DNA from: Tubiluchus corallicola
Lineage: Eukaryota > Animalia > Priapulida
Direction: 5' to 3'
NCBI GenBank assembly: GCA_030141605.1
Contig: JAQGDQ010000341.1
Location: 1-64,000, forward strand
DNA: 64,000 nt
The position numbers and the translations under genes were made by a program. Position 1 is the first letter of the stretch, and each line of letters opens with the position of its first letter. The notes under the pieces are model-generated. The model saw nothing but the letters and a program-made list of their open reading frames with translations. It searched no databases and was not told where the DNA came from. Positions 15,071-28,910 of the stretch are shown in pieces.

Positions 15071-16929
15071 GACATGGCACGTTTCATTTGTGATAGTTGT
15101 CATTTGCATATGAACGGCACTGGTCATTCATCCATCTTGAATACATAGAGACAAATAACAGTATGCAATGTTTCTAAATAATTTAGCAGAACATTCCAGA
15201 CAACATCAAGAGTAATGCGGGTATTACTAACTGCACAGCTACGGGCTGAGTTGGTAATCATATGTGAATGTGAATTCTATGCGATGAAGGCAACTGCATT
15301 CTAAACCCCTACTAAATAACTTTTTATGCACTGTTCGTGTGAATTTTATACACAAGTTTGTCGGTAAAAAGTTATTCTACGAAGATGTTAAGTATGCATA
15401 TTAAGCACTTTTGTTTCTTTAAACCAGTACGTTAGTTTAGAAGCTCTGAAGCTATAGGGTAAATTCGTGGGATTTTTTATTTTACTTTATTTCAGTGCAA
15501 ATTGTATTTTCGGTCAGAACCGAACCCAGAACCTTTTGCTAGCAGCTGGTACCTCCTCTGTCAATGTTCTGTTAGACGATTTCAATCTCTATCTGCTGCA
15601 GTATGATATTAAAGTTTAATTATTGAGGCATATTTTTGCTTGTCATACATTAAGAGTAAAATTAATCAAAAAATTTGCACCCGAAGTTAGCTTTCTATGG
15701 CTGGTGAACATATAGCTACTATAGCCATTTATTTATAGGGATGTATTAAGTTGTCCACAAAAATTATCACATTGTTGCCCTAGCTTGACACAAGATTACG
15801 CTATTACTGTAGCGCCAGCAGAACATTAGACCTGTAAGTATAGTTCAGCTCATGGGAATTTAAGCCATCAGACGCAGCAGTTTCTGGTGCTTAGAATGTT
15901 TCAGCGCCTGTCAAAACGTCACCCACGGCAAACAATATATATGTATCAGTCACAATAAGCTCATGAAAGATTAATGATATTCTATACAGTAATGCTGGTT
16001 GCTTTTTTATCTTATCTTAAAAGTCATTTTTACAGGTAAGTGGCTCACGTTCGTGCGATTCTGTGAAATAAAAAGCAAAATCCTAGGGGAAAATATCGGT
16101 TGCAATCACACCACAGCTTTCTCTAATTATTAGTTCTTCACAGAAAAACAATTTCACGTTTTTACCCATAACCAATACTTTTTTGTCATTTCACCAAACC
16201 CTTCTGACAGAAACTAATTTATTTAAAAATTGGTGCAGATGCAATTGTAAGAAAAAATTCAATTTGAGTTACAAGTCTTATGACTATTTTGAAATCATGA
16301 TGTGAGTTACGTAAGTTTAGCACAAGCGTTGCTAGCTCATGCTTAAGCTCAAGCTGTCTTCTGTCAGACAAATTTCATTCCACCCAGCAACAAGAATGCA
16401 GCAAATCATTCAACCGCTAAGTTGTTAACCTGTTGCAAATAACACAAGATGAATCTTCTAGACGCAGAGCTCTGAAAATCACTTTACTGCAGAAAAGTTT
16501 GCTTGTAAACTTGGAGAACCCTCAGGCTACACATCTTGAGTAAATTAGCAATTTAAAGCGGAACGCTCTTGCAGCTGACTACCACTGTTAAATTGATGGC
16601 TTCATGCTTTCCAGTGACCTGCCAGTCAATAACAAGCCTTGAACATCAAATATTCAACAATGTCTTTACTGACGAATGACGTAATAATAGATGACGAGAA
16701 ACAATGACAGCCTTTAAACCTGGATACAGTTCTACTAGAACGAATTTACAGTCGAGTACTCTAGCAAACCTCAAAAACACTTTTCAAGGCTTTCTAGTTG
16801 GAATGCTTCTGCAACTATCATACTGAATTATAACATGTAAATATACTGTGTATCTTTTTTGTAAGTACTGGCATCAACAACACTACTCTAAGATTTTGCA
16901 TATTATACTTTTCCCTACATACTCTTTAG

Positions 16930-17076
16930 AGCCACTGGCATAGCGGAGTCTAGTTTTTTGCTGGATTAACTGCCGTGTTTACCAGTCTTAATGGCAGATT
17001 TCTTTTATTTTAGAGTTCTGTCCGCCCAATGTCTACAATAGACGTAATGGGCATATGATGATGATGATAATGATGA
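16930..17076 (+). mobile_element. Dispersed repeat, probable RTE/CR1-type LINE or SINE 3' end with (TGA)n tail
   Basis: ~145 bp similar to the reverse complement of 40758-40906. Ends gtctacaatagacgtaatgggcatatgatgatgatg. Confidence 0.6.
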
Positions 17077-18404
17077 TTAGAAGGACGCAATACCGAAATA
17101 TGGATATAATAAAATAAAAATACTTTTACTGCAACAAACGTCGTTATTTTTTGTATACGTGATACAATTCACTTTTACAGTACTTATTTTTGGTGGTGGG
17201 CGTCGTATATATTAGATGAGCCACTACTCACAGCTGACACTCAAGAAAAGCTCATAACAATGCAAAAACATCAAGACAGGAAAAAGAAGATGAATAATTT
17301 TTTTATCTTACAGAAAATTCTTTAATAGGTAGCTCAGACAATAGTGTTAGGCGAGAATAACTAACGCTACAGTAAACAGAAAGATGCAAAAAGTTAAGCT
17401 GAGTGGAGGTAAATAAGAAGATTACAGAGCCAATCTGTGTAAATTAATTTTCGTGAGCCCTTGATGGAAATAAACAAACAAACATTTTCAACTGCACCAG
17501 AAAAGCTCAACTTTCACTAGACTCTTCAGTGATTAAATCAGCTGAGTGCTTTTTATATTTATGTATTCGCGATTATGTATTTATGTATTCAAGTGTAGCA
17601 AGTCAACCAAACAACCATAATAGAATGTATAGCACACATAGCACATTACAGTAATAAAATACAAAGAAAGTTTGTAAAGATAAATGACTATCATTAGATT
17701 TTGGATAAAGTTTCCAGATAAAAGATCACTTATAGTACATATTTCTTTTTTACAACGTAGGGCGATTGATCTCATTCAACACCCAACGTCAATTTATAGT
17801 TACCATAAAAATACAATTGTATCGTCGTGAATAGCCAATACACTGTTTGAGTACATTAAATGTATGTGACTTTAAGAGTGTCTTGTGAGTCCAGCAGTCA
17901 ATGGCTAAGAGGCTCCAGGATTTAACGAAGAATTATTTTATAAGAAGTGATAAATTTCTTTCTGATAGGCACATTTAAATGTCAGGACAAATATTTCTAA
18001 TTTAGATGGTAGTTAATGGACAAATTTTAACGCCTTGGTGAAAAGCGATGGCTTACAGCATTAAAGACAGCAGAAAGAACGACTAAAATTAGAAGAAGCA
18101 TCTCGTGTTTAATGAGTGGTGACTTCACAAGTGGAATACATCGCAGAATTCAGAAAGGGCAAATACACTCTGTAAATAAGGGACAAAACGAATACAGGTA
18201 AAAAAGGCACGGGAAAAAGGAATAACCCCAACCCTAGCTCTAACCCTAACCGTAGCCAAAATTAATAGTGCATTTTTTCCTAACCGAAACTGTGAGTTTT
18301 TTCCGGAAACAGATAGCATTAGTCATAGCTGTTATGACTCCTAACGAACACAACCACACTAAAATGACCCAAATAAATAGCAAAGATAAGAATTGTTTGC
18401 ATCG

Positions 18405-18476
18405 ACACAGGCGGTCAGGAGATTCGAACACGGGCCGTAAGCAGAGTAACACCCTGTCTTAAACACCCGGCCACCC
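18405..18476 (-). mobile_element. tRNA-derived SINE head (degenerate)
   Basis: Minus strand reads ggtggccgggtgtttaag (A-box-like) ... gttcgaatc (B-box). No proper cloverleaf is formed. Confidence 0.5.
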
Positions 18477-19699
18477 GTACCGACGCGACTTGTGAGTAGT
18501 TGCAAGACAAGATTTTTAATTAAAGTGTAGCTTTAAAAATAAAACTAAATTGAATTTATAATCTACATTAAGCTGATAACTGGATTATATTTTGTCGAAG
18601 GATCGTGGTCGCGACTAATCTAATCATTCTAATGCTTCCGTACAATGAGCTTTATCTGAGTCCAACTGATGCAAACCACTGACATCCCTGAATGTTACGC
18701 AATTGTTACGAAGGACGGAGTAACTTTATTATACACAGAGCTGATTTTAATTAGCAAATATAGCATGAATTCATTGTTTCGGGCAGGGTGAAGAAAATAT
18801 TCTGACAGGATCGCGCATTTGTTTACGCGTCAGGGCTTTTGTTTTTCAAGGTCATAGTACCAAACAAAAACTTGTACCATTAACGTCCATATAGTTAAAA
18901 CACAATAATAAAGTACCATGCAATAAGTTGTCATAAGCATCAAGACACTTAATGCCAAGTATATACTCTTTGGTTAGTAGCAACTTAAAGCACGTTTTCT
19001 TTGTCTTCTGCCGCTGGCTAAAAGTCCTAAATGGAATATCGTGGATTGCAAAAACGGTGTTGAACAACCCTAAATCATCTCTGTCACTTGCCTCCAGGAC
19101 AAAATGCAGGACATAATCGCCTTTTGAGCAAACTTTGCAGCGAATTTTGTCAACCCTGGTGGGCGTTAACTGGTTGCTAAGGACTTCTCACTAAAATAGC
19201 TGTATTTTTTGAAAACTAGAGAGAAATTCTTTGAAACTGGCATGGTCGAAACAAGCTGGGAAAGCATTCAGACATGTTTTGTGACGCCATGAAGACTAAT
19301 CATATATGACTTTGTTTATTCCAGGCCTGTTATTAGTAAATCTGTGACTGTCACACAGTTGCATTACCAGATTTTGTGTTAGTGTATTCACTTCTTCATT
19401 AATTCATTTATTTCATTACTCTGACTGCTAAACATAAATCGGAAACCAAATTGCTGGCAACTGAGTTGTTTTTCTTCCAGTAATATAAAATAATTGGCAA
19501 AGGCAGATCATCCATTTTGATACTCCAAAACCTGTACGCTGTGCATATAACAAACTTATTTTGTTATCTCAAATGTGATGTCTGGTAAATGTAACCATGC
19601 GGCATGATGTGCACTATGTGATGCGTGGTCTGTGCGACTTTAGCCTAAAGCTTGTTACTTTTGCAAAAGGGAATGTTGTACAGTGTATACAGCACTCAC

Positions 19700-19842
19700 C
19701 CGCAACTTTTCAATGAGGCTACCACTGTCTGTGACAGATGTCCGACTGACACTTGGACTCTGGTTGTGTTGGTGTCTTTGTGCTTTTCGATATTGCTTCT
19801 GTGCTGAGTATCTGTGCATGGGACATATCTTGAAAAGACAGT
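19700..19842 (-). CDS. ITPR: Inositol 1,4,5-trisphosphate receptor, coding exon 3 (DCLFKICPMHRYSAQKQYRKAQRHQHNQSPSVSRTSVTDSGSLIEKLR)
   Basis: Matches the IP3R suppressor-domain sequence [20 protein letters not shown]. Flanked by a cttttcag acceptor and a gtgagt donor. Its phase-1 start fits exon 2. Confidence 0.95.
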
Positions 19843-22800
19843 CTGAAAAGCGAAATACACGTATTAGTAAATAAGTGAGACAAATTGTTTTCATTGCCTC
19901 ATTTTCATACAACTAATATTATGATGTGAAAAGTGTGATAACTTGAAGTGAAAGCAAAACTACTAAATCCAAAAAAGCAGAGCAAATTTCAGTACCGGAA
20001 ATTAAAAATTTGAAATTAATAACGTGAACAGTCTTCTTGAAACATTCGCTTAGTGCATATGCACAAATGTAGTACAAAACTTACAATTTTGACTAACACT
20101 TGAAGAATACTACACCATTACCACCCTTGTTGTTTATTATGAAATTCTAGTTAATTTGTAGGAAGGGGACTTTCAAACTTAGAAACACGCAAATTTTCAT
20201 TGACTCAACAATTATATTGTGTGACATAGTGCAGGTGAGAGGAAACTAACTGATTATTTTGTAGAAAGCTCAGTAGAATTCACTTGTGTGACTCACAGTT
20301 TCTAGTACAGACTATGAAAAACATTTTTGGCTGAATTAGTTTCATTGAGCTCTGTTTATTTCTTTGTTTATTTGTCTCCCTTTTGGCTTAATTGTTGAAC
20401 AACAATAACTGAGTTTTGCACATGGGGTCACATGTTTTTCAAAGATAGACCGTTTAGTTCAAGAAAGATAAATTGCAACAGTTTAATGAATGAAACAGAG
20501 ATTATCGACCGAATCATCTTTTAATCAAAAATAATTGTCACGAGTCTGCTTTAACCTAAACGTTGAAACGCTGAGGGAAAATGATAAGAAATCTAAGCCT
20601 AGCAGGATAATGGGAAAGCAGGGTCTGAAATCAATCACACAATTGCGTTGATTTAGAAAACTGAGAATTTCTTCTCTTCAAAATAAGAATTTGTTTGAGC
20701 CACCAGATAAAATTAAAGCAAAAAGAAGCAAAGATAGTTAGCATTGTGTTAGTTCATGATTTTAACCTAGACGACGCAACTCACTTTAACAAGAGAGTTG
20801 AAACTGAATCCACCAAAAGAACTGGAAGTCTGGAATGTGAAAAAAACAAAAAAGATTTATAACTTAACAAGGGATTAGCAAAATGGAAGCAAAATGTTGA
20901 CAAGTAACAGTCAGATACTCCTTGAGATTATCTCCCAATTACCAATAACTTACTTTCTTACATAGCTGAGGAAATAATTATTTTTGTACTTTTAGTATTG
21001 TCTGTTCTACTAAGTTGGTCATGATATTAATATATTAATATTTATGTTTATCACACATGCACTACTCGTTTGTTGGCCAAAGTAACTTAGCAAATCGTAA
21101 CATTTGGATGCTATATAATAAAAAAAACATATCTGAGTGACTGATTTCAGCAATAGTGAATAATGAATTTTTGCAAAAATAACATAAAATATAATAATAA
21201 ACTTCTCTCCATTTTGATGTTCAAAACTTCAAGAAAATATTTTATTATATCAAAGTCATATATGGTACTGTAGTTGGTGATAAAATCAATCATGTAAAAT
21301 TAACCAGGCAGCTTCTAGTAGGGCAGTAACAAGCAAGTTTTTCAATTGAAGCTCAGGAAAGGCAATCATTTATAATTATCAGACGGGATTATTTCTTTGG
21401 GATAAGCAATATTTTTCCCAGTCTTATGACTCGTTAATCCAATTTAGCAGGTGAAATTGGTTTACTTGTCCTATTTCACCATTAATTTTGGTGATATTTT
21501 GAGTCTGGACACAAATTTTACTTTCTACAAGGATAAGGTTGGTCACGCTTGAATGCGTTTCAGCCTAGCAAGCAAACAAGCAGCTACATTAGTGGCTTCA
21601 ATTGACAAACCATTAACAGGCTTCATTTTACTGAACAGCAACAAAATAGCCTTTGATGAGAACAGATGTTTTTGTTGCTTACAGAGAAATTTGGAAACTG
21701 GAAATGCAGGGCGCAAGAAAACTTCGTATAAAAACAAACGGGGTGGGATGGACAAATCAATGGGTGTAAGCTTTTGCCCTATATGACAACTTTTTGGCTT
21801 TAGGTGCCCAGTTGTGCTTTAGTTCACGCACCATGAACACTAGATGTGCTTAGAAAATGCTCAATGACTGGGTCAGTAAGAACTTAGACGTGAAGTGTTT
21901 TATATATGACATGCTATTTAAAATTGTACAATAGTAAATCAGAGTCACAACGACTGAATACTGGAGGTGTACAGAAAACTGTCCTTGGGACAGCAGCAAT
22001 TTTGCCTGCAGTCATGTAAGAAGATTTTATGTACAACCTGCCGTGCACAGTTATTGCAAAATAGTGAAATCAGGATCACAAGGATTCCAGCACACCTACA
22101 CGAACAGTGTAAAGTACATAGGAATAGTGTACTTTACAAAGCCCGTAAATCAAAACAGTTGCTGTTTTTATCTTAAAAAATGAGCCGCTGAACGAGTTAA
22201 CGACCGGTCTTTTGTTATAACTACTCACTTACATACTGAAATTGCTACTTATTTACCTGAAATGAATGTTGAGGAAATAAAATTGAACTGACCTGAACTA
22301 ATTTGAATTGAGTACAATTGGGATTATATGGTTGTCTATGCATGTTGATAAATGAATTAGCTATAAATGGGATACAGAAACTTGTGTGAGGCTTTTGCCT
22401 AAAAATTTTGTGGCATCCTCATTCAAATTTATATTATAATCTTAACAAAATGAGAGCAGTTATCTTTAGTGACTAAAATACTAATTGAGAAAAGAATTTC
22501 AGTCTTCATTGCTTTAACTGTTCTCAATTAAGTGCCTACATTGGGGTTTAGACTCCACTGTTTTAAAAAAATATCCAAGTTGAAAGCTAGCTCTCTTTCA
22601 GCAGAGATGACTGCAAACTTGCTCTAGCAAATAAGCTATTTTAAGTACCACAAGAACTAAAAAATGCAAAACCCGTGCAGAATGTCTAGCTCAATGATTT
22701 CCCATGAGGCAAAGGCCTAATGCATTTACACTTCTCAAAACCACAGCAGTGAATTTCGAATCTCTTTCAACAGGGAATTTGCCTTTATATTGTAAGTAGT

Positions 22801-24114
22801 TCAGTTCTAAATTCTAATCCTATATGTATAACCTCAGAAATGGCATTTCTGTTATCAGATTTTGTTTTTGTTAGAAGTTATAGCCCTGTACCATCTGTGA
22901 TATGTAACAATTCTCCAAGTGCAAATTCATGGGCACAAACGTGTGAGATTCTAAGTAAAATTCGAAAAATAAACAAAACGTTTTCCTCTGATTTATTTTT
23001 TACTGTAGTAGTTCAATTATCATTTATACTCGCTTCTGGAAAGGACGTAAAGAAATTGTGTATTTTTACCATTTTTAGTCTTTTTACTTGTTAGTCACAA
23101 TCGTGTAAAATATTACACCATCTTTATGAAATTTAATTTCTTTCAGTTTTTATGACTGAAAAGGCTAATTTACTTGAAATGTAACCCAAAGTCCTAATAT
23201 AAGAAATGGCTTCATTATTCATTGTATCCTGGTGTATATGAAGAAACACATTTAATCTCCAGAGAACATCACATGAGAGTATCTCATAACAGCCAGCGCT
23301 TACAAGCAATAAGCATTGAATGTGGCAACTACTAGATGACAAATGCACAGGTAATAATTACAGGTAATATTGTCCAGAGTTATTAATGTCGCATGAAAAT
23401 ATATTTCATTCCCTTGTGTAAAGTGGGGCAAAGCGAGCTGTCTATTGAGCATTCATGTTGAACAATAACATTCGTGTACATGTGCATCTTTTGTACATAA
23501 GAGAAAAAATATTGTTAGCATATTATGGAATTTTATTTACAGTTATTGTTTTTATTGTTATAGTTTTTGCAAACATTACTATTAGCTGTAGTCAATATTA
23601 TATACTCAATAGAAATAGCTTATACGTCTATTTACAATACATTTAATCACTCCAAGCGAAGTTCTGGCCTCTCTCACTACAAATATTTAACAATACCAGT
23701 GTGTCAAACTTTATTTAAAAAGTTAAATTGGAGTTGCTGATTTTTTATCCAGCCTCCCTTTGAAAAATTTAAGGGAAGCCTGCCTATACCGGCATAGTAT
23801 AGTTGAAAGTTTAATGAAGCCTGTTTCATTATTCATTGGAACCTGGACATAAATCAAACTGGTTCTTGCCTTTATGGTAAAAATCTAGTTAGCCAGGGAA
23901 AGTAAGCTGTTGATTCAACTTTTAAAGGTTGCCAATTCAAATATCACAACTGGCTTTTCTATTTGGTGGATGTCACCAAGTATGGGACAGCATACTCACC
24001 ATGACCATCATCATGACCGTTTCTTTAGCCATTTTGATTAAGCTTTAGTTTTTGGCTATAAATTATATAAGACAGGCGGTTTCAGCACCGTTGGTTACAG
24101 ATACGTTTACTCAC

Positions 24115-24185
24115 CCCGAAATTTTTTAGGAGGATCATTCAGGTTTCCCGCTTCTGGATTCACCACACACCTATCATCCACCAAT
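24115..24185 (-). CDS. ITPR: IP3 receptor coding exon 2, 71 bp ([23 protein letters not shown])
   Basis: Near-identical to IP3[25 protein letters not shown]. Has a tttttttgcag acceptor and a gtgagt donor, with a phase-2 start and phase-1 end. Too short for the ORF track. Confidence 0.96.
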
Positions 24186-26495
24186 CTGCAAAAAAATACA
24201 GGTATTAATCAGTGATGCCTGAACAGTTCTGGACATTGTAGCAGTGAATCAAGGATGTACCTTAGCCCAAAGGGTTATTAACTTCTGGACAATATGACCA
24301 CAGTCTTAAAATTGAGGAAACCTTACCGACAGCAATGTATGTCAAGCTTAAGTTTAGAAAGTTCCAATCTCTGTCAGTTCTTGCTTATAATTGTGAACAT
24401 ATTAGTCTAGCAAATAGCTCTTGCAAAGTTGCAGTCTTAGCTTACAACTGTTATCAGCTTGGGTAATTCAAGTGGACAAACACATATCTTGCATAACAGA
24501 CTGCATTTGGTCTGTTTGTCTTCCTGCTAGCAATTGCTTTCCTGGCACATCAACTTCCGACTTCTCTGACAGGATCTTGTTTTTCTTCCTTCATAGAATT
24601 CAAAACATCTACTGGAGCCAGTTTACCACCATTACGTACATTTATTTTTTACTTACTGTTTATTTGTCGTTTGGTAAAGGTGTACTCTAAGCATTTCTGG
24701 ATACGTTACACAATAATATGGGGGCATTTTTGGATATGTTACGCAAAAATATGGGGACAACGGACAGATGTGAATTAAGTGAAATATGCTCAGTTGTTTG
24801 GTCATTTTCAGTAGATTCCAGTTCGTGGAACCCAAAGGTTCAAGTGCATTTGTCTTCTATGAAAGTTACATAAAAAAATTAGCTCCACGACCCTCGCGAG
24901 AGCCCATAATCCAAAATGGACTCCATCGAGTTCTTTGAAAACTCTGTTTACAATGATTTGGCCTATAGTGCTGCACAGCATATTGAATCTAAGACATTTT
25001 GGGTCAAGGAATTCATTTTCCATGTTATTTTATGGTTTAACTTACTTCTGAAATTCATATCCAAAATGGCGGCCATCCCCGTTTTGGCCTACAAAGCTAC
25101 ATAGTATGTGGTTTCTTAGAAAGTTGTAGTCAGTGATGCCATTTTTATAATTTGACATACTTTTTGTGTTTCGTCGGTCATTTTGGATTTTATGCTTCTA
25201 AGTGGTTTAGCATAAAAAGGCTGCATAGATAGTGTATGGTTTATGAGACACCTGGAATCGAAGAATTCATATTTGATGTAATTCTGATGATTTGACCTAT
25301 TTTGTCCTTTATGTCCAAGATAGCAGCCTTATGCCTGGTTAAGTCATTTATTCAAAGTTAACGAAAACTCTGTTCATGCTGAGCTGTGAATATATTCAAA
25401 TTGCAAATGAACAGTATAACATTTCTTTTTCAGCACAGTGAGTGTTAATGAAAATTTGTAGCTAAACTAGGTATGTGGTTTCGATAAGAGCTTGGGGAGA
25501 GGTAGGATTTGACTTAATTTTTGAAATTTTCCTAGATTTAGTCTAGGCATCTTAGTTATATAATGCAAAACAGCTAGTAGCTTAGAGGAGGGAGTAAATC
25601 AGCGACGTAGTCAGTGAACAGTAAAGTTACAAGAGACTACTAAGCCGAGTACTGTTGGTTCTGCTTTTGGAATCCTAGCTGAAAAACACAGCAAAGTGAA
25701 TAACACAAACACAACAGGTGATGTGTCACTCAGTAAGAGCTTTTAGCTGTTCCCAACTTTTTCATTGCATTCTGGCGTTAAGTAAGCGCTTCAGGGCGTG
25801 CAGTCTCTCAATACACGAGATTTCATTTATTTATAGATGCCAAGAATTAACAGTAGAAAACGTTGCTATAAATTCCACCAAGAAACACACAGGCCCAGAG
25901 GGTCTAAGCTTACGATAACTAAACCCAGATAGAGCCCTAGCTGTTACATTAGCTGAATGCAAACCCTTGGTTTGATTATTACAATGCGGACCGGAATGAA
26001 CCCCATTTCCAGACCTCGAGTTTGATGTGCCCAAAACGTCTAGTATCTCCCCACTATCTGCATTAAATTGGTGCAATCACGTTTAAATGGAAAATTATGT
26101 GTCGTCCTCCCCAAACCTTGTCCCAGCAACTATCAACACTACTACATTTGGCAAGTTCACAGACAAGGCACCAGAAGAAGGTTCGTGTGTGGGTTTGAAG
26201 ACTAGCGCATGTACCAAGAAAACGGCGGAAACACAAGGTGACTGACAGAACTTTGTCAGTGCATTTGTTATTAAAACCAACATGATTTTTTGCTTAAGTT
26301 TAGGAATTTGGTCAAAGTAAACAGATGTCTTGTAGTGTCAGAATGTTTCTAGTGAATACGATTCTGAATTAAAATTAGAGAAAACACATTTTAGATGTTA
26401 GTGTTACTTAATTTGTACGTAGTTTCTCACGTGAGATATTTTGCTGCTATACAACGAAAGGTTTGTGAACCACAAAAGTCGTTATTGCCACCTGC

Positions 26496-26625
26496 CAGAA
26501 GCTTCTGCGCACTTGCGCACACTTACCCGAGCGTAGACAGAAGCTTCTGCGCACTTGCGCACACTTACCCGAGCGTAGACAGAAGCTTCTGCGCACTTGC
26601 GCACACTTACCCGAGCGTAGACAGA
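26496..26625. repeat. Perfect 42-bp tandem repeat x3 spanning the exon 1B splice donor
   Basis: cagaagcttctgcgcacttgcgcacacttacccgagcgtaga at 26496, 26538 and 26580. Confidence 0.97.
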
Positions 26626-26747
26626 TACCCGCTGTAACCGTCACCATCAGCATAAAGAGAAGCCAGATCACCGATACAGAGAGGCGTGTGCAGCCCCAGT
26701 CCTCCCATCACTACACCATGGTCCAACATAGATTTCAACACATCCAT
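26611..26747 (-). CDS. ITPR: IP3 receptor alternative first coding exon 1B (MDVLKSMLDHGVVMGGLGLHTPLCIGDLASLYADGDGYSGYLSTLG)
   Basis: Homologous to the IP3R N-terminus [23 protein letters not shown]. The ATG (cacATGG) is preceded by an in-frame TAA. Ends GG|GTAAGT in phase 2, compatible with exon 2. Confidence 0.85.
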
Positions 26748-28139
26748 GTGACTGATTTACAAAGCCGAATAATACCCAGGTCTAACTTTTACTAAGGTTT
26801 GATCATAAAATAAATATTAACACGCCAACACGCGGGCGACTATTTGCACGCTCAGATTAGCATCGCAAAACAAACGTTTAGAGGACATTACGGCGATAAA
26901 AGCAAACGTTTGTTTGCTTAGGAACTTTTGAAGCGTTGAAAATAAACAATCCGATTAAGTATCGAAAACAAAAAACGTTTCACTGCAAAGATATATCTCT
27001 CTTCGCGTTAAGAACAACAAACACACAATCTATGGTAACATTTATATTAATTTCAGTTATTAAAAGTTGTCAACAACTAAAATACTTCATTAGAAAGCAA
27101 AATCACTCCATGTGAGCAACAACTGAGCACTACAATGTTGAAATGGCAAGCAACAAACTGATTCACACAATGTCAAGCAGCAGCTAACTGATGACAATAG
27201 GAGTTTTTCTTGGCTTAAAGCAACACACGCAGCGTGGGCTTCCTGAAATCTATTGACGTTTTAATCAAGGTGTAAACTAATAGCATACGCAGCACAACAG
27301 CATTGGTCACTTTAACGTAATCGCCAAGACAGAGAAACGTCACAACACAAGCCTTGAAGACGACAAGAACTTAACCAAGATGATGTCCGATTCACTACAC
27401 AAATCTTGAATACAACAAGTTCTTAATCAAGAAGAAGTCTAGGTCACAACATCATGAAGACGAAAAGATCTTAACCTAAAAGGCAACTAGCACAAGGATG
27501 AAACGCCTTTTAAGGCGACTCGTTTGACACTTTAGAAATAATTTTTCCACGCACGAAAGAACAGACTGATGTCCATTCCTAACCAACCTCATAACTCAGA
27601 ACAAAAGCCTCGAGGCAGAGTCGACAACAGCATTACAAACGCACTTTGAAATGTCCCAGCATTATTCATGCGTAAGCAAGAGGAAGATGCGACTCCGTAG
27701 AGATTTTCCTGCAAATGTCTATAAAAGATGCAACGACAAGACTTTACTGCCGCTTCAAATTGAAGGCTGACGCACGGAATATAATTGCGATAAAGGGTTT
27801 TCAGATTGAACAGGCGCTCAGTGCGCCAGGACCCGAGAGATCTATGCAAATCCACAATTAATGTACCTCAGGTCACAGAGCGTATCAAAACCTTCATTAA
27901 ATTATGATACGAATTTGAGAGTGAGAGGTTGTTCAAAATTTTGCGAATTTTCGCGAGAAACATGGTGGCCTAGTGGGATTAGGCGGGCAATATAATGAAG
28001 CCATTGTTCCTAACAGAAGAAAAGCAATCACGGTAATTGCCTCGCGCTGGCCGATGCTTGCTGTTCCCATTTAACTTATTGCATCCTGCCATGTCAACTG
28101 CCATCATTCAATACTTTTCAAAAGTTTATATACTAATTT

Positions 28140-28329
<190 letters not shown>

Positions 28330-28491
28330 ATTATCTACCTCTTTTTTTAAAATCTTTCTGGAAAATGTTCATAATTGTTTACACACTCAAATGCCAACAC
28401 TGAGTTTTTTTCCAGTAAGTTTAGTGTAATATTGCAAAAATGCAATGTAAACCACGTGAAACTCATAAAAAGTTATTAGGCCACACACATA

Positions 28492-28526
<35 letters not shown>

Positions 28527-28609
28527 CAGATAACCAAGCTCATACACGTACTCCTTTTATAAGAAGTCTGATCAAACAAGGCTGATATCAGAGTGAAAGA
28601 TACGGAAAG

Positions 28610-28910
28610 TTTTAGGATAACCACGACCTCTCCACAACTGAGTTCCAGACATGTTAGAATCAATAAACTGAAGGTAGGTAGAATGGCCACGACCACTGAG
28701 TTCCATGCACATACGCTAGAATAACCGAAGGTCGTTAGAATGACCACGACGGACATGACCTCTCCGTAAACGAGTTCCAAACGTGACAGAATAAAACGAG
28801 TATCATCAGAGTGACCATGACCCCTCCATAACCGTGTTCTAAACACGTTAGAATAAAACGAATGTCTGCGACTTTTACACAACTGAGTTCCAAACATGCT
28901 AGAATAACCA
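28610..28910. repeat. Degenerate tandem repeat (recurrent ctgagttcca..catg.tagaat motif)
   Basis: The motif recurs about every 55-70 bp. Confidence 0.6.

Noticed and set aside
18226-18257. Interstitial telomere-like (CCCTAA) repeats
   Set aside because: Only ~5 degenerate units, probably part of a dispersed repeat.
18405-18476. Functional tRNA gene
   Set aside because: A/B-box-like motifs are present but the acceptor and anticodon stems do not pair; treated as SINE-derived.
24000-24055. Candidate cassette exon just downstream of ITPR exon 2 (tag acceptor, gtgagt donor)
   Set aside because: It would leave a <60-bp intron and gives an immediate in-frame stop, with no IP3R similarity.
25780-26080. 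Possible LINE endonuclease remnant (similar weak RT-like hints near 16700 and 60160)
   Set aside because: Only vague motif resemblance, not supportable without a profile search.
26395-26671. ORF-track proteins at 26395..26637(+) and 26447..26671(-)
   Set aside because: These are wrong frames through the 42-bp repeat; the meaningful frame is ITPR exon 1B.
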